A DNA stretch of 64,000 nucleotides, from positions 1,612,001-1,676,000 of the forward strand of contig NW_027117344.1 in NCBI RefSeq assembly GCF_038025025.1. The letters run 5' to 3'. The translations under genes were made by a program, and so were the position numbers. Shown here in pieces: positions 11,748 to 25,836 of this stretch (its first letter is position 1; each line of letters starts with the position of its first letter). The notes under the pieces were generated by a model. That model made no database searches. It had not been told where the DNA came from and saw nothing but the letters and a program-made list of their open reading frames with translations. Origin of the DNA: Phyllosticta citribraziliensis. Lineage: Eukaryota.

Positions 11748-13972
11748 TCACAGTTCCGATGCTCGCTGGAGCTGCTGCCCGGCAGAGTCCTCAGCCATCC
11801 TCAACGATGGGTCAATGGCTGTCGCGGTCCGGCCCGCGTAAGGATTCTGCTGCACAAACGGATCCGGTGCGCCATTGACGTTCCAGCGCCCTGCAGCCAG
11901 CACCGCTGCGGCATCAATCTGCGCTCTTCTCTCTTGCAATTTTCCCTGCTCTTCTTGCAGCCTTTGCTTAGCCAACGCTTCTTGCTTTGCAGCCTGCGCA
12001 GGCGCTCTCGTCTTCAGGTCTCCTGTAACCCCTTGCAGATACACCGGGACCTCGACGCCACTTTTGAGGAAGAACAATTTGAGATTGCGCGCCTTGTCTT
12101 TCAGCTGCACCTGGTTGCGCTCTTTGAGAATTTCCGAGACTGTGCCTCCAGCACCATACAGCGCAAGAATTTGAGACCAGTGTGGTCCTTTGACTCGATC
12201 GAGCCCATCCATGAGCGCACGTTCTTCGTCTAAGCTCCACGGCCTTCTCTGATTTTGACCGCCACCCTTGCGGGAGTTGGGTGGAGCTCGAACGCTCGAC
12301 GCAGCACGTGCTTGGTCGTACAATACTTGGGTGGGGGCGCTTTGAACGGGAGCAGGGCTTCCAGGTGACGCAGTCTTGCTGACAGGCTGAGTAGATGTGT
12401 GTTGTTGCGCGACGTGGGGATAGGCCTGGTAAAAGGGAATCGCATTTTGCTGACCGTCCGAAGACTTTCCATGCGTCGGAGCCAAGGCAGCATGTGCGAC
12501 CAGCGCCGCCCTTGTGATGGTCTCGTCGTAATTGTTTCCTTCGACCTCGGATATTGGCGGGTAGCCAGGGAACCCTCCTGGCTGCGGAAAATGTCCATTG
12601 AAGGGAGATAGCTGCACATCCTTGGCACCACCCGGGGATCCATGGATGCTCATGAGGATTTGCGCAGTTGCCCCGCTGAGCTCCTTAAGAAAACTGGTCC
12701 AGTCATATTTCCTTGTAAGTTGTATGCGCGCCTCGGGGGTGTCTTGCTGGGATAGAAGAGCCTGGCGGCGCTGAACCGTCTTTCCAACAAAATCCTGCTC
12801 TACTGGTGATAGTTGTTTTGGCTCTGGTCTCCCATGTTGGAGCTCGATGTCGATGTTCAGAGGCAAGAGTCGATCTGCCACGTCTTCTCGTCTCTCGCGA
12901 CCTTTCATCAATGCCGCAGCATAGGCTTGCGTCTTGAGCTCCAGCCATAAGCTTCCTTGCCATTCGACCAAACTCCCGCCCGCAGGAACGAAAATGTCGA
13001 GGAAGCACTCGTTCAGAGTTGGCAAGGGAATTTCTTGTCCGCCGAAGAGGCTGCTCACAAACGCGGAAATGTTGACTTGGCGCACCATGTCGAGGTAAGG
13101 CGCACTGTCCAGACGCAGCGCTTTCGCGTCGAGAAAAGGCCTTTGCTGACTCAATGCCTTGAACTGTTGGTCAAAGTGGGCTTTGAGTATAGCATAATCC
13201 TTTCCCTGAGGAGTGCCAACTTTGTTCACAGCATCTAAGACATCTTGGAAACAATGTTGGCCGAGGGTTCGGAGAATGCGGGTGGATAGCTTCTCGAGAC
13301 TCGTCATTCCCTCGAGGGCGGCGGCGCTTGGCGGAGGAGAGAACGATTCGGTCAAGGTTGGAGGTTGTGGGACGGCGAATTGATCATCGTAAGGTGTCTG
13401 CGACTGCGCGAAAGGTGGTTGCCCGATGGAGGACGTCAGATTGCCATCGTAAAACCCGCTGGATATCTGCGACCATCCCATTCCTCCGTAGGAACCGCCG
13501 AATCCACCAAAGTCCTGCGCGGCGGAGGTTGGAGGATTCATGGCGAAGACGTTGTTCGCGTCAGCGGCTACTGGGTGATGGAGCGATATGGAACTAGCGG
13601 GAGGGTAGGCTGCGGGCTGAGAGGGTGCATTGTGGTGGCTCGACGAGTCCAGCAAGGCCGAAGCTACCGTCTGTCCAGCAGGCTGGGCGGCAAGAATGCT
13701 GTCGGCGCCAGCGGGATCGCCGTCCGACCTGACGCGCTTTCTCGAGCCCAGCGGTGCGGCAGAGCGCTTCAGGGTGCGGGCGGGCGCAGAATTGCTTGGT
13801 GTTGCTGTATCGAGCAGCTGATGCGATGGCGGCGGGTCGTTCGCTGTGCGGGCGATCAGTACCGCGACCAAAACCCATGGCTTTTGAAGGCGCGCGCAAG
13901 ACGGGCAAAGAGGAGAGAGAGGGAGGACGAGCAGCGGCCGGTTGACATACCATGAACCTGCGGTCTGACCAT
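11748..13972 (-). CDS. TBF1: Telomere-repeat binding factor Tbf1-like (TRF-like domain plus C-terminal Myb/telobox)
   Basis: The C-terminal RRPWSLDEERALMDGLDRVKGPHWSQILALYG...RNQVQLKDKARNLK is a telobox Myb domain, and LWLELKTQAY lies in the TRF-like domain. The start is inferred from ATG 13972 and a GTATGT donor at ~13950. Confidence 0.85.
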
Positions 13973-14421
13973 CTTCAAGGGTACTGGCCCTAAGACTAGG
14001 TAGCTTGAGTTCAGAAGGTGACGAGGGAGAAGCTTTGGTCTCCGCCGCCGGCCCAAACTCCGCATGCCGCTGCGCTGGGCTGACCAACGACCGACACACC
14101 TCAGCCTCATCTGGACCCTTGAACGTCGACCGTCGCCATTGCTCTTCCACCTCAGCATTCCACCCTGTCGCACGCAAACAATGCCAGGCTTTGTTCCTGC
14201 TGCTAATCACTCGCAAATAATCCGACCAGCACTCGCTTCAGCTGGCTGCACTGGCGCCCTTAGGCCTGCCAAGCGCGCATCAAGTCCGCGCAGGGGTTAC
14301 GTCGTTGGCATTTCTCTTCCTATACGTCTGAGCTGCACCGCCTTGGTTCCCATCTGACCTCTCGCTACATGATCGCCTCCAACACGCCTCCTTACCCGAC
14401 TATTGCTCCAGCTCGGCCTTT

Positions 14422-15965
14422 CTACGTGCTGCCGGGCCCACCAAGGAGCGCAAACCTGCGCACGATGCTGGGTCCAATCTCGTCGTACTCGGCTTTTGTG
14501 TGACAGTAGCTCCTGAATTCCGGCGTCTGACCTAGCAGGCTGCCACCAAACCAGGGACCATGCCTTTGCCTCTTGTGTGTAATGACTTGCACATCCAGTC
14601 CACCGCTCTTCGCTCCGCCGCTCCTCGCCTCTGACGCCTTGATACGCGCGTCCACCAGGTGCCGAATGTCACGTTGCAAACGGCGTCCAAAGTCCTTGTA
14701 CAACGTCGAACCTCCAGAGAGCACAATGTTCTTGTAGAGACCGCGCCTCACGTCGATGGGGCTGGTCTGGATCACTGTGTCCACAATGTTTGGCAGAGGG
14801 GTGAGGAAGTCGCTCGAATATATTTCGGGGTTGAAGAAGATTTCCGGAGCCAGGAAGCGCTCGTATCCAACGTCGACGTTGACGGTCCTGCCGTTGGGGT
14901 ACTTGACTTCGTGCTTGGCAAATCTTTCCGGTTCTCTGTCGAATCGCGAGAATTCCTTGACAATATCCGGGCAAACATAGCAGTATTCTTCCTTTATCCT
15001 CTCAGCAGTCTTCAGGCTGCTATCTGGCTCGCCCCTGTCACGCAGGAGTTGCTGCACAAAATAGGTAATGTCTCGGCCGGCAATGGGAATACTCTTGATG
15101 CTGGACCCAATGACGTACCCCTCGGCAACGGGAATGACGTGCGTCACGCCCTCACCGGAGTCAATGACGGTACCAGTGAGTGATCTATCCTGCACCTTGG
15201 AGGACGTCCAGGAAGCGGCCAGGGCAAGGACAGCCTGCACCGCAATGTAAAGACCTGCGCAGTTGAACGACTCGAACATGATTTCTGCCGTGTTCTCGCG
15301 GTTTTCGGGAGGGTTCAACGGGGGCTCGGTGAGCAGGAAATAGTGATCCTCGGGCTCGACGCGAAGGTACTTGAAAATGGAGTTGGACCAGAAACGCTCC
15401 ATGTGATCCTATATGGAAATTAGAGGTTGGTCATACGTAGAAGTAAAAGGCTTGGACGTACCCAGTTTTCAATCTGGCCGTGTCGAATAGGGTAGTGGAT
15501 GCCATAGCCTAGTCGAACTCAGTACCATGTCCCAAAAATGCGTCGTCAGACTTGATGGTCGTACCAGGACCGGAGGATGCCGCCAGAGCTTCGTCGCCAA
15601 TGAAGAAATCAAGGTCCTCAGTGCCGCGCTTCATCGACAAGTGGCCACCGGGTCCAGCGCCGCCAGTGAGAAAAGAGGGCTTGTTGGCAATGGCAGGTCG
15701 GCCAGAGCCAGAGCCACCTGCACCTCCGGTAGGGCCTTTAGTCGCAATGGCGGTGGGGAAGACGAAGGACGGGGAGTCATTTCCAGCAAAACCTAGGGAA
15801 GATTAGCAGGCTGGGCCGGTAGATGATGCATTGAAGCGTCGGACCTAGCTTGGAGTATCCCGTGCCGCTGCAAAGACGATGGTTAGCTCAGGTGTGGGCG
15901 GGCCAGGGCGAGGGGCTCGGGGGAGCTCACTTGTCCATGACAACGGCCGGTGTTTGGGCGGCCAT
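14422..15965 (-). CDS. ARP3: Actin-related protein 3 (Arp2/3 complex)
   Basis: [57 protein letters not shown] and WFGGSLL. Four short introns lie in the 5' part. Confidence 0.97.
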
Positions 15966-17148
15966 TCCGAGGGACTGCGGACGACGATGACTCGGAAGAA
16001 GATGGGTGCTGGAGGCGGGGCGGGTGTTGAGGCGTATGGGTTGCGACGGTGGCTACCTAGCCAGTATAGGTCGGGGGTGGTGTCGTAGGTAGCTGCCGTG
16101 GACGCGCGCGGGCAGATGGAGCCTAATTCGTCAACGCCCACTCGGCGCCCCGCTGAGCCAGGCGTCATTCCGCCGCGCCCACGCCAAGTCCACCCACCTC
16201 ACCTCGTAGGTAGCAGGGCAGGTTCCGCCGGCCGGAGCGGAGGGCCTGCTGTACGGTACCTCATCTTGTCGTGGTCACCATGCTCTGTTTGATCGTGTCA
16301 TCTCTACCAAGTGCGCTTTGCTGCACATCGAGCTCGGTCAAGTCGCTCGAAGACGAGGAACGGATATTCCAAGGAAGGAAGAAGCTCGTAGGCATGGGCG
16401 ATTGACAACACCCATCGTTCCATTCCGTCAAAGGCAAAGAGTTGGCGTGGCCGCGGTGAATCTACCTGCGTTGATAGACGATACATGCACAGGGAGCAGC
16501 GATGTCGCGCTGAATGCCCGAGTGCCTGCTGTTCTTGCCCGCCCGTCGCTCCCACGAGAGGACGTAGAAGGAGCTCAACTCGTCTGCGCCGACAACCCAT
16601 CCCAATCCTCTTCTCCTCGTCCACCACGCAAAACCTACGACACCCCGCCATTACTGCCGCACATGGTTCCGTGATTTATTTCCGGGTGGAGGCAGCCATT
16701 CTTTCGGACGCTTTTTGTCTTTTTGCAATTCCATCTTCATCCCCTCGCACCTCTGTGCAGGCCTCACCTCGAAAACCTCAGCCCTTGCGATTCAAGCCCA
16801 CCATCTGCTCTATACCGAGTCTCGACCACTCTTCCGTTACCCTGGAGCCCTCCGCTTTCTCTTCTGCCCACCAAAGGCCCCCGGCCTCGTTCCCGTGGCG
16901 TCACCTGCGTCTTCCGCTAAACCACTCTACACCATCTTCTCTCACCTTGCAGATCACTGTCCCGCCAAACTTTGGTCAAACTGGGGTCGACAAACGAGTC
17001 CATCGTTGACTTAGAGGACAAAAGAAGGCATAGTTTGGGGCGCCGCCTGTCTCTTTGGAAGAGCGCCAGAGCACAAACTTTGCGTCAAAGAAACACTGCA
17101 TCCTCTGGAACACCATATCAGATCTCACCACCCTCTGCAGACGGTTCA

Positions 17149-19227
17149 ATGGCACACCGGAGCGGTAGAAGCCGCAGAGGTGGTGACATATGTGCCATAT
17201 TCGTCCATGCCGGAGCCGGCTACCACAGCGTCAACAACGAAGGCCTGCATCTCCAAGCTTGCAACGAGTGGGTCATCATGGCATATTTGGAAATTTTGAT
17301 TGCTGATTTCAAACACAGTGCTGCGAAAGCTGCCATGGCGGTGCTCCAAAACGGTGGCACTGCCGTCGACGCTGTTGAGATCGCCATCAAAGTCCTGGAG
17401 GACCGAGAAATCACCAATGCCGGCTATGGTAGCAACCTTGCCATAGATGGTGTCGTTGAATGCGACGCCATTATGGTAGACCACTACGGACGAAGTGGAG
17501 GAGTGGGTGCCGTTGCCCGTAAGTCCAAGTAATTCTTCACCGTTGTAACATGGCAATTAATTGAAACAGAGATAAAAAATCCTATTTCCCTGGCTCGTGT
17601 GGTCTTGGACCACACCACGCAGCCGCTGCTCCTCAAGCGCGTCCCACCAAATCTGCTGGTCGCCCAGGGAGCTACCGATTTCGCCTTTGAGCAGGGACTG
17701 TCAGTCCTTCCGCACGATGCCCTTGTTTCCCCTGCGGCTAGAGAGCGATGGATCAAGTGGAGGTCTGATCTCAAGAACGCTGAAAGAAAAGCCCGCCAAT
17801 CTCTGGCGAGCCCAGTATCCTCCTCACCAAGCTGGGCTGATGATCTCAACCCTCAACAAGAAGAACTTGTGCGCACCAAGATGCGCAAACAACATACTTC
17901 AAACATGCTTCGGGGACGTGTAGAAGTCAACAACATACCAGCGACCCCGTCACCTGCTTCCAAGCACATGCTCTCGCCTGGATCACGCGGTACGACATGA
18001 TGAGCCTCCAATACCCATTGTGATGCCGATTGCTGATACTTCTCACTGGCAGAACCCAATCGCTCAACGGCTCCAAGACCTGCGTCACTCTCCGAAGCTG
18101 CACAGAACCCACTCATCAATAGCACGCAGACTGTTCCAACCCTGGCGTCTTATCAAGATGCAAAAGAAGCCATGGAGAGCGGCTCCAGTCCCGATATGGA
18201 AATGAGCGATGTCGACGACAGCTCTAATTTACTTTTCGACGGCTACAAGAAGAGGAAAAAGCAAAGGTCAGGAACTAGGCATGATGGATCAGAATTTTCG
18301 GATTCGGAGAGCTCAGGGACTTTGCAATTGCCATCCTTGACACCTAGTCCTCCTGCTGCGGAGTTGCCTTCTGCGGAGAAGCGGCCGCTCCCAGGCACAC
18401 CCCTTGGTACTCCAACACTTGCGCGAACGAGTACAAATCTCAATCACGTTATTGAGCATGCGCCTCTGCCCCCCGAGCCTGATCAGGCCGAGATGCAGCC
18501 TGAAAATGTCGACGAGGACATGGACACAAGAGAAGACAACATTACCGACACCGTGGGTGCGGTTGCAGTTGATTGCTTTGGCAACATAGCATGCGGAGCA
18601 TCATCCGGAGGCATTGGCATGAAGTATCGAGGTCGCATTGGTCCGGCCGCCCTGGTAGGCGTCGGAGCGCATGTAGTGCCGAATGCTTCTGAGGACAAGG
18701 AAAAGGTCTCAGTGGCAACTGTGACCAGCGGCACGGGAGAGCACATGGCCACTACGATGGCTGCCACGGTTTGCTCCGAGCGGCTCTACTACAACAAGAT
18801 GAGAGGCAAAGAGGGACAGTTGGAGAGTGTCGATGAAGAGGAGGTCATCAGTTCTATGATACAGAAGGATTTCATGGGTATGACTGACGCTCTCTTACTG
18901 CATTCTGTCAGGTCGGAACTGACAAAACAACAGGTCATCCAAGCGTCCTGAACAGCAACTCTGCTGGCGCGATCGGTGTCCTCAGCGTCAAAAAGACACG
19001 AGACGGAATTTATCTCTATTTCGGTCACAACACGGACTCCTTTGTAAGTTTCATTTCCAGGGTTTGCATTTGCATTGAAATGATGCTGATCTACTCTAAT
19101 CCAGGCGCTCGCATCGATGCACTCCGATGAGGACCGCCCACAATGCACCATGTCGCGCAGCACGGGTAACGGTGCAATTGCTCAAGGGGGTCGTTGTTTG
19201 AGGTATCGCCGCAAGAAGAAGCACTGA
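17149..19227 (+). CDS. Threonine aspartase (taspase-1-like) Ntn hydrolase, asparaginase-2 family, multi-exon
   Basis: IFVHAGAG, LEDxEITNAGYGSNL, VECDA, D/TVGAVAVD, SSGGIGMKYRGRIGPAAL and TSGTGE. About 5 introns. The start codon is uncertain. Confidence 0.85.
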
Positions 19228-22200
19228 TCAGTTGCGACAACTACTGGCTCAGTATTTGTCGAGATCGACCGAGGCTCTCTTCGCCCTCTTCTTCCTACCT
19301 TCGTCTCTCCACCCCTTTACCCCTCATCCTCCGTAACCTGCTTAATCTCTCTACAATCTCCGTTATCATGATGACGTGGCGTGTTTGGGTGGAGCGTGGC
19401 GTGGCATGAGATGGTCTTGCATAATCTGGACCATTCGATTTTCCCTTCTCTCCTCTTTCATCATTATCCTAGCCAAAAAGACTGGTACGTGTGGCGCAGG
19501 AGAGGTCCGAATGACAGATCGGCCTGCGGTAGGGTGGCCCAAGGGAAGTGAGTTTAGCTCAAGTAGTGGTGGCGGAAAAGAAACCTATTGCTCGGAAAAG
19601 TTGGAGAAGCTCTGGAGCCTTGATGAGTGTGAGATATCGTTCTGCTCTTGTTGTGCCTGGAATGCTTGTTGCGGTTCAGTTGGCCACACTGGTGAGGATA
19701 TTTAGAGTTGTGGACTTTGAACCTCGCGACCAAGGCGCCCCGTCATCAGTCATGTCTTCGCTGCATGCTTCCACCATCCTCCCATCCAGACCCAAGTCAC
19801 TTCGAAGAGACATCATTCCCTGTCTATTAAATGCTCGACTGGGGAGCAGCTTACCCTATCTTGCTTGCACAATGTGATGTTCAACATTCTCCTTCCACTC
19901 ACATGCAATAACGTGTGCAGCACGTGTATCTGCAGTCAGGTTCCTAGCCCTTGGCATTTGGTGTCTGGTGATTGACATGGAATCTGACGTGACACTTTGA
20001 CAAAGCCATCTACATGCTTGTGCACGAAGTTCCCTTCTTTTCTCTGCGTATAAAGCGTCGACGCATATGCCACAGACTTCACAACAACAATCGACCGGTG
20101 GTCGGGAGATTGTAAGCGAAGGACAGTTTCTTCAGACTTTGCTTCCGAGAACCAGGAGCTCAAGACTGGGTTTGTCGGGAGATGCAAACAAGACATGGAC
20201 AAGAAGGTACGGCGCAGTTCTCGTTGAGGTTCTTCACTGCATAATGATGGCGAAGTGCCATAACCATCGGGACATGCACAGCCCCCGAACACTCCCGACG
20301 CGGACTTGCCAATATCCATGTCAGGAGCTGCATGAGTGTATCGGAAATGGCGAAGTGCTTGGCTGCTGTGACCGAGTTCGATGGCTCCGAAGTGCGTGGT
20401 TTCGACCTAAGTTTTGGCTTTCTTTAGCCTCGACGCACTTCTGATGAATTATTCCCGACGCTATCAACCCAAATTGAGCAGTGATAATGCTGACGAGAAG
20501 GAAGGAACGACGGAAGCTCTAGTCGGGTAGGCGGATGGACTGCCAGAAGAATGTATAGCCGCAAAAGTAGACCAAACAAGTGCCCCAATCCACTCCTCCG
20601 TGTCATTTACGCGGTTAGGAATCTCGATGAGTGTGAGTTGAGCGGGGGACGACGACACTTTTATACCAGGGCTGGTCTAGGGGCGTCGACGGAACACAAG
20701 CCACCCACTGCATCTGAATGGCTCGTGAACTTCACATGAGACTTGGATGATGCCGGAGACAGTGCGCGAGCAAGATGGAGCACGTGAAAAAACCAGATCC
20801 GGAAGTGCCCATCACCCCTGACGTCGACAGTCCTGGGCTAGACCACCGTATCTGCGTATAAATACCCGTGCACACCTGTCAAACTTCCTAGCTCTGCAAA
20901 GCAAGGCTTCTACCACTGTCGGTAAGCTTTTCATTCGCTCGTGGTTACTTTGGTGTGCGCTTTGGTTGTTTCTTTGAGCGCCGTGGCCTCGAGACCTCTT
21001 TCACGACCAGGTTGCTTTGAATCGCGCCGCAGGCCAGACATCTTCGAAGCTACTTGATGAATCAACCCATTTCCATTTGATGCATCCCGTCATCATCATA
21101 TCATTCCCATCGCGAGCACGATACAAGCATGCCGTGGAGTCGAAAATCTACCCCTGAAATTGCTATCGCGCCGCTCCCCGCAACCGCGAGGGCGAGGCCC
21201 CAGTGCGAAGCGGTGATGTTTATCGAGTTCTGCCCGTGGCTTTGCGGCTCGGTGGCTGGTAGCCTTCGATCAATGTTAAAAGAGGATCAGGAGATGAGAA
21301 CTAACAATGGCGGTGTGGTTTTCGATGGCCACTGGACCGAAAAATGCCTGGCCAGAGGAGATTCACTCCTATCCGCGCTGTGCAGTCCTGATTGCAAATG
21401 GCTTCCGGGCTTGGAGAATAGCAATCCAAAGGCCGCTCATCTTTGAAAGTGACCTCCGTTTCCCTTCAACGGTGAGTCGTGACACAGTTCTCCAGCGGTA
21501 CGGATCACGATGGCTTTTTGCTGGACAGACGCTATGGAAGATCTCCAAAAGTGTTCCGGAAAGCTTTGGCTGGACTCACACGAAGAGAAAGTAAGTCTGG
21601 CTCCCAGCACATCAAAAAAGTCAGCACTGGTTTAGCGTACTCATCCGACGCGGTCGAACTGTTTTGTAGTTTTGCTGCTGCTGCCGCCGTTGTTGCCGCC
21701 GCCGCCGCCACCGCCGCCACAGCCGCCCTTCACCTGCCTTTTTGCTCGCCGTCTCTTCTTTGCTTTCTGCATTCATCGCCGTCTATTGCTTCACCATCAG
21801 CTTCCTATGCTGAAAGCATCCAGACTCTCAAATCAAATTCAGCTTCGATGTTGCTCTCTGTTGTTGATCAGACTTGACGAGGAGTCCCTGGTGATTGTGT
21901 GAGCGGACGGACCGATTGCAAGTAGACACGATATGAGCATTGAAAGGCCTTAGATGTTAGTAACCCGCTAATCAGCGAGACCGTTTTTGATTTTAGTGTT
22001 TGGTTTGCATACAAGTCATCTTTGAAACCCTAAACAGTGAGAGAAATGAGGTGAAGCGAACGATGGGAAGAGAAATTTCCAGCCACCCTCTACCTTCCGC
22101 ATCTTCTACCCACAACACCCAATCGTCCTGCTTCCAATTTAGTCTATTTCAGGAGGTCAATTCAATTTACCGAAGTGGCTTTTGATGTCTTTCCGGTATT

Positions 22201-22238
22201 CGACTCGCAGAGCCGCGTCTTCCTTGCAGGCGGACACC

Positions 22239-23832
22239 TTACTCCCGCTTTTTGCCCATTCTCGGCAGGCACAACCACAGGAGCCAGCAAACAGCCAACA
22301 AGGCCAAGATGATGGGCTGAAGCACAGCGACACCTTTGGCCTGTGCAACGGCACCAACAGCGAAGGGAAACACGGCTGCACCACCTCCTCCGAATGCAGC
22401 GGCGAAGCCGATTGCGCTGACATGCAAGTGGCGTGGTAGGAGCCTCGTCGCAACGACGACGACGGAGGGGAACATCGGACCCAGGAAGAATCCCTGAAAA
22501 GCGACTGCAATGGCTGAGAGCAGAAAAGACGGCACCAGCCAGAAAAGAAGCTCGAGAGCCATGCAGATGGGAAGGTAGATCTATGCCTCAATATTAGCAG
22601 TGATTCGAGAGACAGGGGCAAGCGCACGCACGCTGATGGCCAGCTTCTCCCCAATCCTGGGGGTAATGAAACCCAAGACGACCCTGCCAACGGCCATGCC
22701 TAGCCAAAATCCCGTAGCTGTCATACCACTGGCGAAAGCGCCACCGTCCCTGACCCTGATCATAAAGGTGGTGATCCAGCCACCCAGGCCGACCTCTGTG
22801 CCTACGTAGCCGAGAAGGAACAGAGAGCAAAGCCAAGTCACGCGGGCCGATGGCCTCCTGAGCAGTGCCTCCCAGAGGCGACTGTCACTTGAACCAGGAG
22901 TCTTTGGGTTCGCGGCGCGGAACTCAGCGGCGTCTGCGGTCCAGAACGACCAAAGACATAGCCCCAGTTCAAGAGCGGCGGCGCCAATCTGTTCTGTTAG
23001 TCATGGCTCTTCTCAGAAGAATGTTGGCTCGGCGTCTTACCATCACGTAATAGAAGTGGTACCATGGCAGCTTGGCCGAGACGATCATGCTGGTTGCGAG
23101 CAACGGACTAAGAGTGGCACCGAGGCTGTAGAAGCCATGTAGGACGCCAAGGACCTCGTTTGCGTTTGCCATGTTGCCCATCCAAGCATTCCAACCAGCA
23201 TCCTGGATGCCGTTGCCGAATCCTGCCAGCATAAAGGTGACGACCAGGACTGGATATGGAGGGTGAAGCGCAATGATCACATAGGCAATGACGTGGGCGA
23301 GAGGTCCAAGGAATCCAACGCCTCGTTGGCCAAACTTGAGATGGACGACATTGTTGAGGAGGGCGCTGGCTGTGTATCCGACCAGAGGAGACAAGAAGAC
23401 GAGGGAGATGACGATGTAGGTCAGGTGGTAGTACTCTTCCATGTAGACAAGCAAAGCTCCGTAGGCGGCATCGTTGGCGCCCATGACAAACATGGAGAAG
23501 AAGCAGGCAAAGCTTCGGAAAATGTTGACACGGGGGTTGTTCCATTGTTGCAGCTTTTCACTAGCAGTTGGCGGAGACGGGAGAGCCTCGACTGCGTTGT
23601 CGTTTTGGGGGATGCTTCGAAGAGACAGTTCGCGTCTGCTGAGTTCGCCATCATGGCTAGGGCGGAAGGCAGAACTGCTTCTTGAAGGAGCATTCTGGAT
23701 GCTCAAGCTGTGGGCTCTTTCGGGCTTTTGAAGCTTGACGGATGGAGGTCTGGAAGCAGGCTCGTATGGCTGCTCTTGGAGCTCAATGACACAAGTGGAC
23801 GAGCCGCCATGATTGGCGGACATTGACGCCAT
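22239..23832 (-). CDS. MFS transporter (BSC6-like)
   Basis: Multiple hydrophobic helices, GANDAAYGAL, YVGTEVGLGGWITTFM and GFFLGPMFP. Two introns at ~23040-22980 and ~22614-22564. Confidence 0.88.
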
Positions 23833-24590
23833 GGCGTCGGAGTTCCAACGAAAAAATTGGAAACCAAGACGAGAAGTAAGGCGGAGAAAGTGGACAAAGA
23901 GTACTGCAGGACGGCGATGAGGAGAACTGGTCAAGGTCTGGAAAGAGGAGCTGGTCGGTCGAATTTGAAGGCCTCAGAGGTCCAGTCGAAGGATCGGTCA
24001 GAGCAAGAGGAAAAGGACATCTGGCAAGAATGCAAAGTTGACTCATTAGGCATGCATGACAGCCACCAGCAGAGCTGCAGAGACCACACGGTGTCGCAAT
24101 GAGATCTGGGGAATAGGAAAAGCTTCCATGGCCATAGGTACGGTACGGTAGCCATGGCCGCGGGGATCAGCCCAACCTGGGGAATCGACCCACCTGAGGG
24201 ACTGGGGCGGCATATCCTCGTCTAAACTCCGGCCCGGCAAACCGCCGTGGGGATACCGATTGGCTCCCAACTTTTCCCCGCCGTCGCTTTCCTGCCGTGC
24301 ACTTGGTGGTGACATTCAGATTCAAAGTGCGGATGGAATGGAGTGTTGCTCGGTGAAATTTGCCCGGAATCACCGTGTACCTTGGCACCCGACCTGACCT
24401 TGCGCACAGCCGCCCGTGACGCCATCCATCTGTTCTGGTCTGGTCTGGCGCGGCACCCCAGCAACTTCACCGCCCTGCTCACCGCATCCAGCAGCTTGGC
24501 TTACTCATACACCAAGCCAACCGTCCGGGGTCCATCTTTGACCTTCTGACAACCACCAGCCTTTCTTGTTTGTCGCTTGTGCTCGCAGCC

Positions 24591-25836
24591 ATGGAAGCTG
24601 TCGACGCGACCGAACGCGAGTACAAAGGCTCCGATGGTATGCTGCCTCAGCCGCGCCGTGTGTCCCAGAAACTGATCCAACCCTCTCCCAGGCCCTCCTC
24701 CGTCACTGCTCACAATTGTCTTCGACACAAATCCTCACGCTTGGTCATACCTCTCGTCCTCGCTTCCTCTCTCAAAAGCAATTGCAAATCTGCTGGTCTT
24801 CATAAATGCCCATCTTGCCATCAACTCGGCCAATCAAGTTGCTGTCATCGCAAGTCACTCGCAGAAGACGGCCTGGCTGTATCCCACCCCGAGCCCGCCA
24901 AAACCAAGACGGAAACCCCTTGAGAATGGACAAAATGGCAGGCACACAGATGGAGACGGAGATGTTGAAATGTCCGACGGTCCCAAGCAGTCTGTATCGG
25001 CCGAGGATGCGAACAAATACCGTCCTTTTCGCAAGGTCGAGACGGAGATTCTCACAAACCTACGCAAGCTTACTTCGCAGACCTCAGAGGGTGATCTCAA
25101 GGCCACAACCACAACCATGATTGCAGGCGCTCTCACTGCAGCCCTAGCCTACATTTCCAAAGCAACCCTCAAGTCCGCACCCACCGCGAATGATGCCAAC
25201 GCCGCGGATATCCTCACTGCCTCGACCCAAGGATCTACCCAACGCACAACTCTCACATCTCGCATCCTCGTAATAAGTGTATCAGGAGATTTGGCATCTC
25301 AGTACATCGCCGTCATGAACAGCATTTTTGCAGCACAGCGCCAGCGTATTCCCATTGACATACTCAAGTTGGCCGGCGACACCATACTCCTTCAACAAGC
25401 CTGCGACGCTACCGGAGGCATTTACATGAAGCCATCGGCACCACAGGGCCTGCTTCAATATCTCATGATGGCCTTCCTGCCGGACAAGACCGCTAGAAAG
25501 CACCTGGTATTGCCGAGTGCAGGAGAGGTCGACTTCAGAGCCGCGTGTTTCTGCCACAGACGAGTTGTGGACGTTGGATACGTGTGCTCTGTGTGCCTGA
25601 GCAGTAGGATTCCTCCCCATCCGCTGGACTTGGAAAGACTAACTCGAGCCCCAGTCTTCTGCGAGCCCTTGGCCGACCAGACGTGTCTGACTTGCGGATC
25701 CAAGCTCTCAATCTCGACCACCGCAAGTAAACCACCTGCTCTGATTGCCCGTAAGAGGAAGAAGAAGAAGAGGGTCCCGGGAGAGTCAACGCCTTCCGGC
25801 ACTCCAGGCGGTGGGGCTACGCCAATCCCCTCGTAA
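24591..25836 (+). CDS. TFB4: TFIIH subunit Tfb4/p34
   Basis: PSLLTIVFDTNPHAW, QYIAVMNSIFAAQ, LLQQACDATGG, VDFRAACFCH and VGYVCSVCLS zinc finger. Two introns. Confidence 0.95.

Noticed and set aside
21640..21775. GCC/GCT triplet run giving poly-Ala/Gly/Pro mini-ORFs
   Set aside because: This is a low-complexity repeat with stops in the flanking frames and no coherent gene model.
22026..22033. AACCCTAA-like motifs (also ~1316 and ~51493) as a telomerase RNA template or telomere remnant
   Set aside because: They are single short matches with no tandem repeats or other telomerase RNA features.
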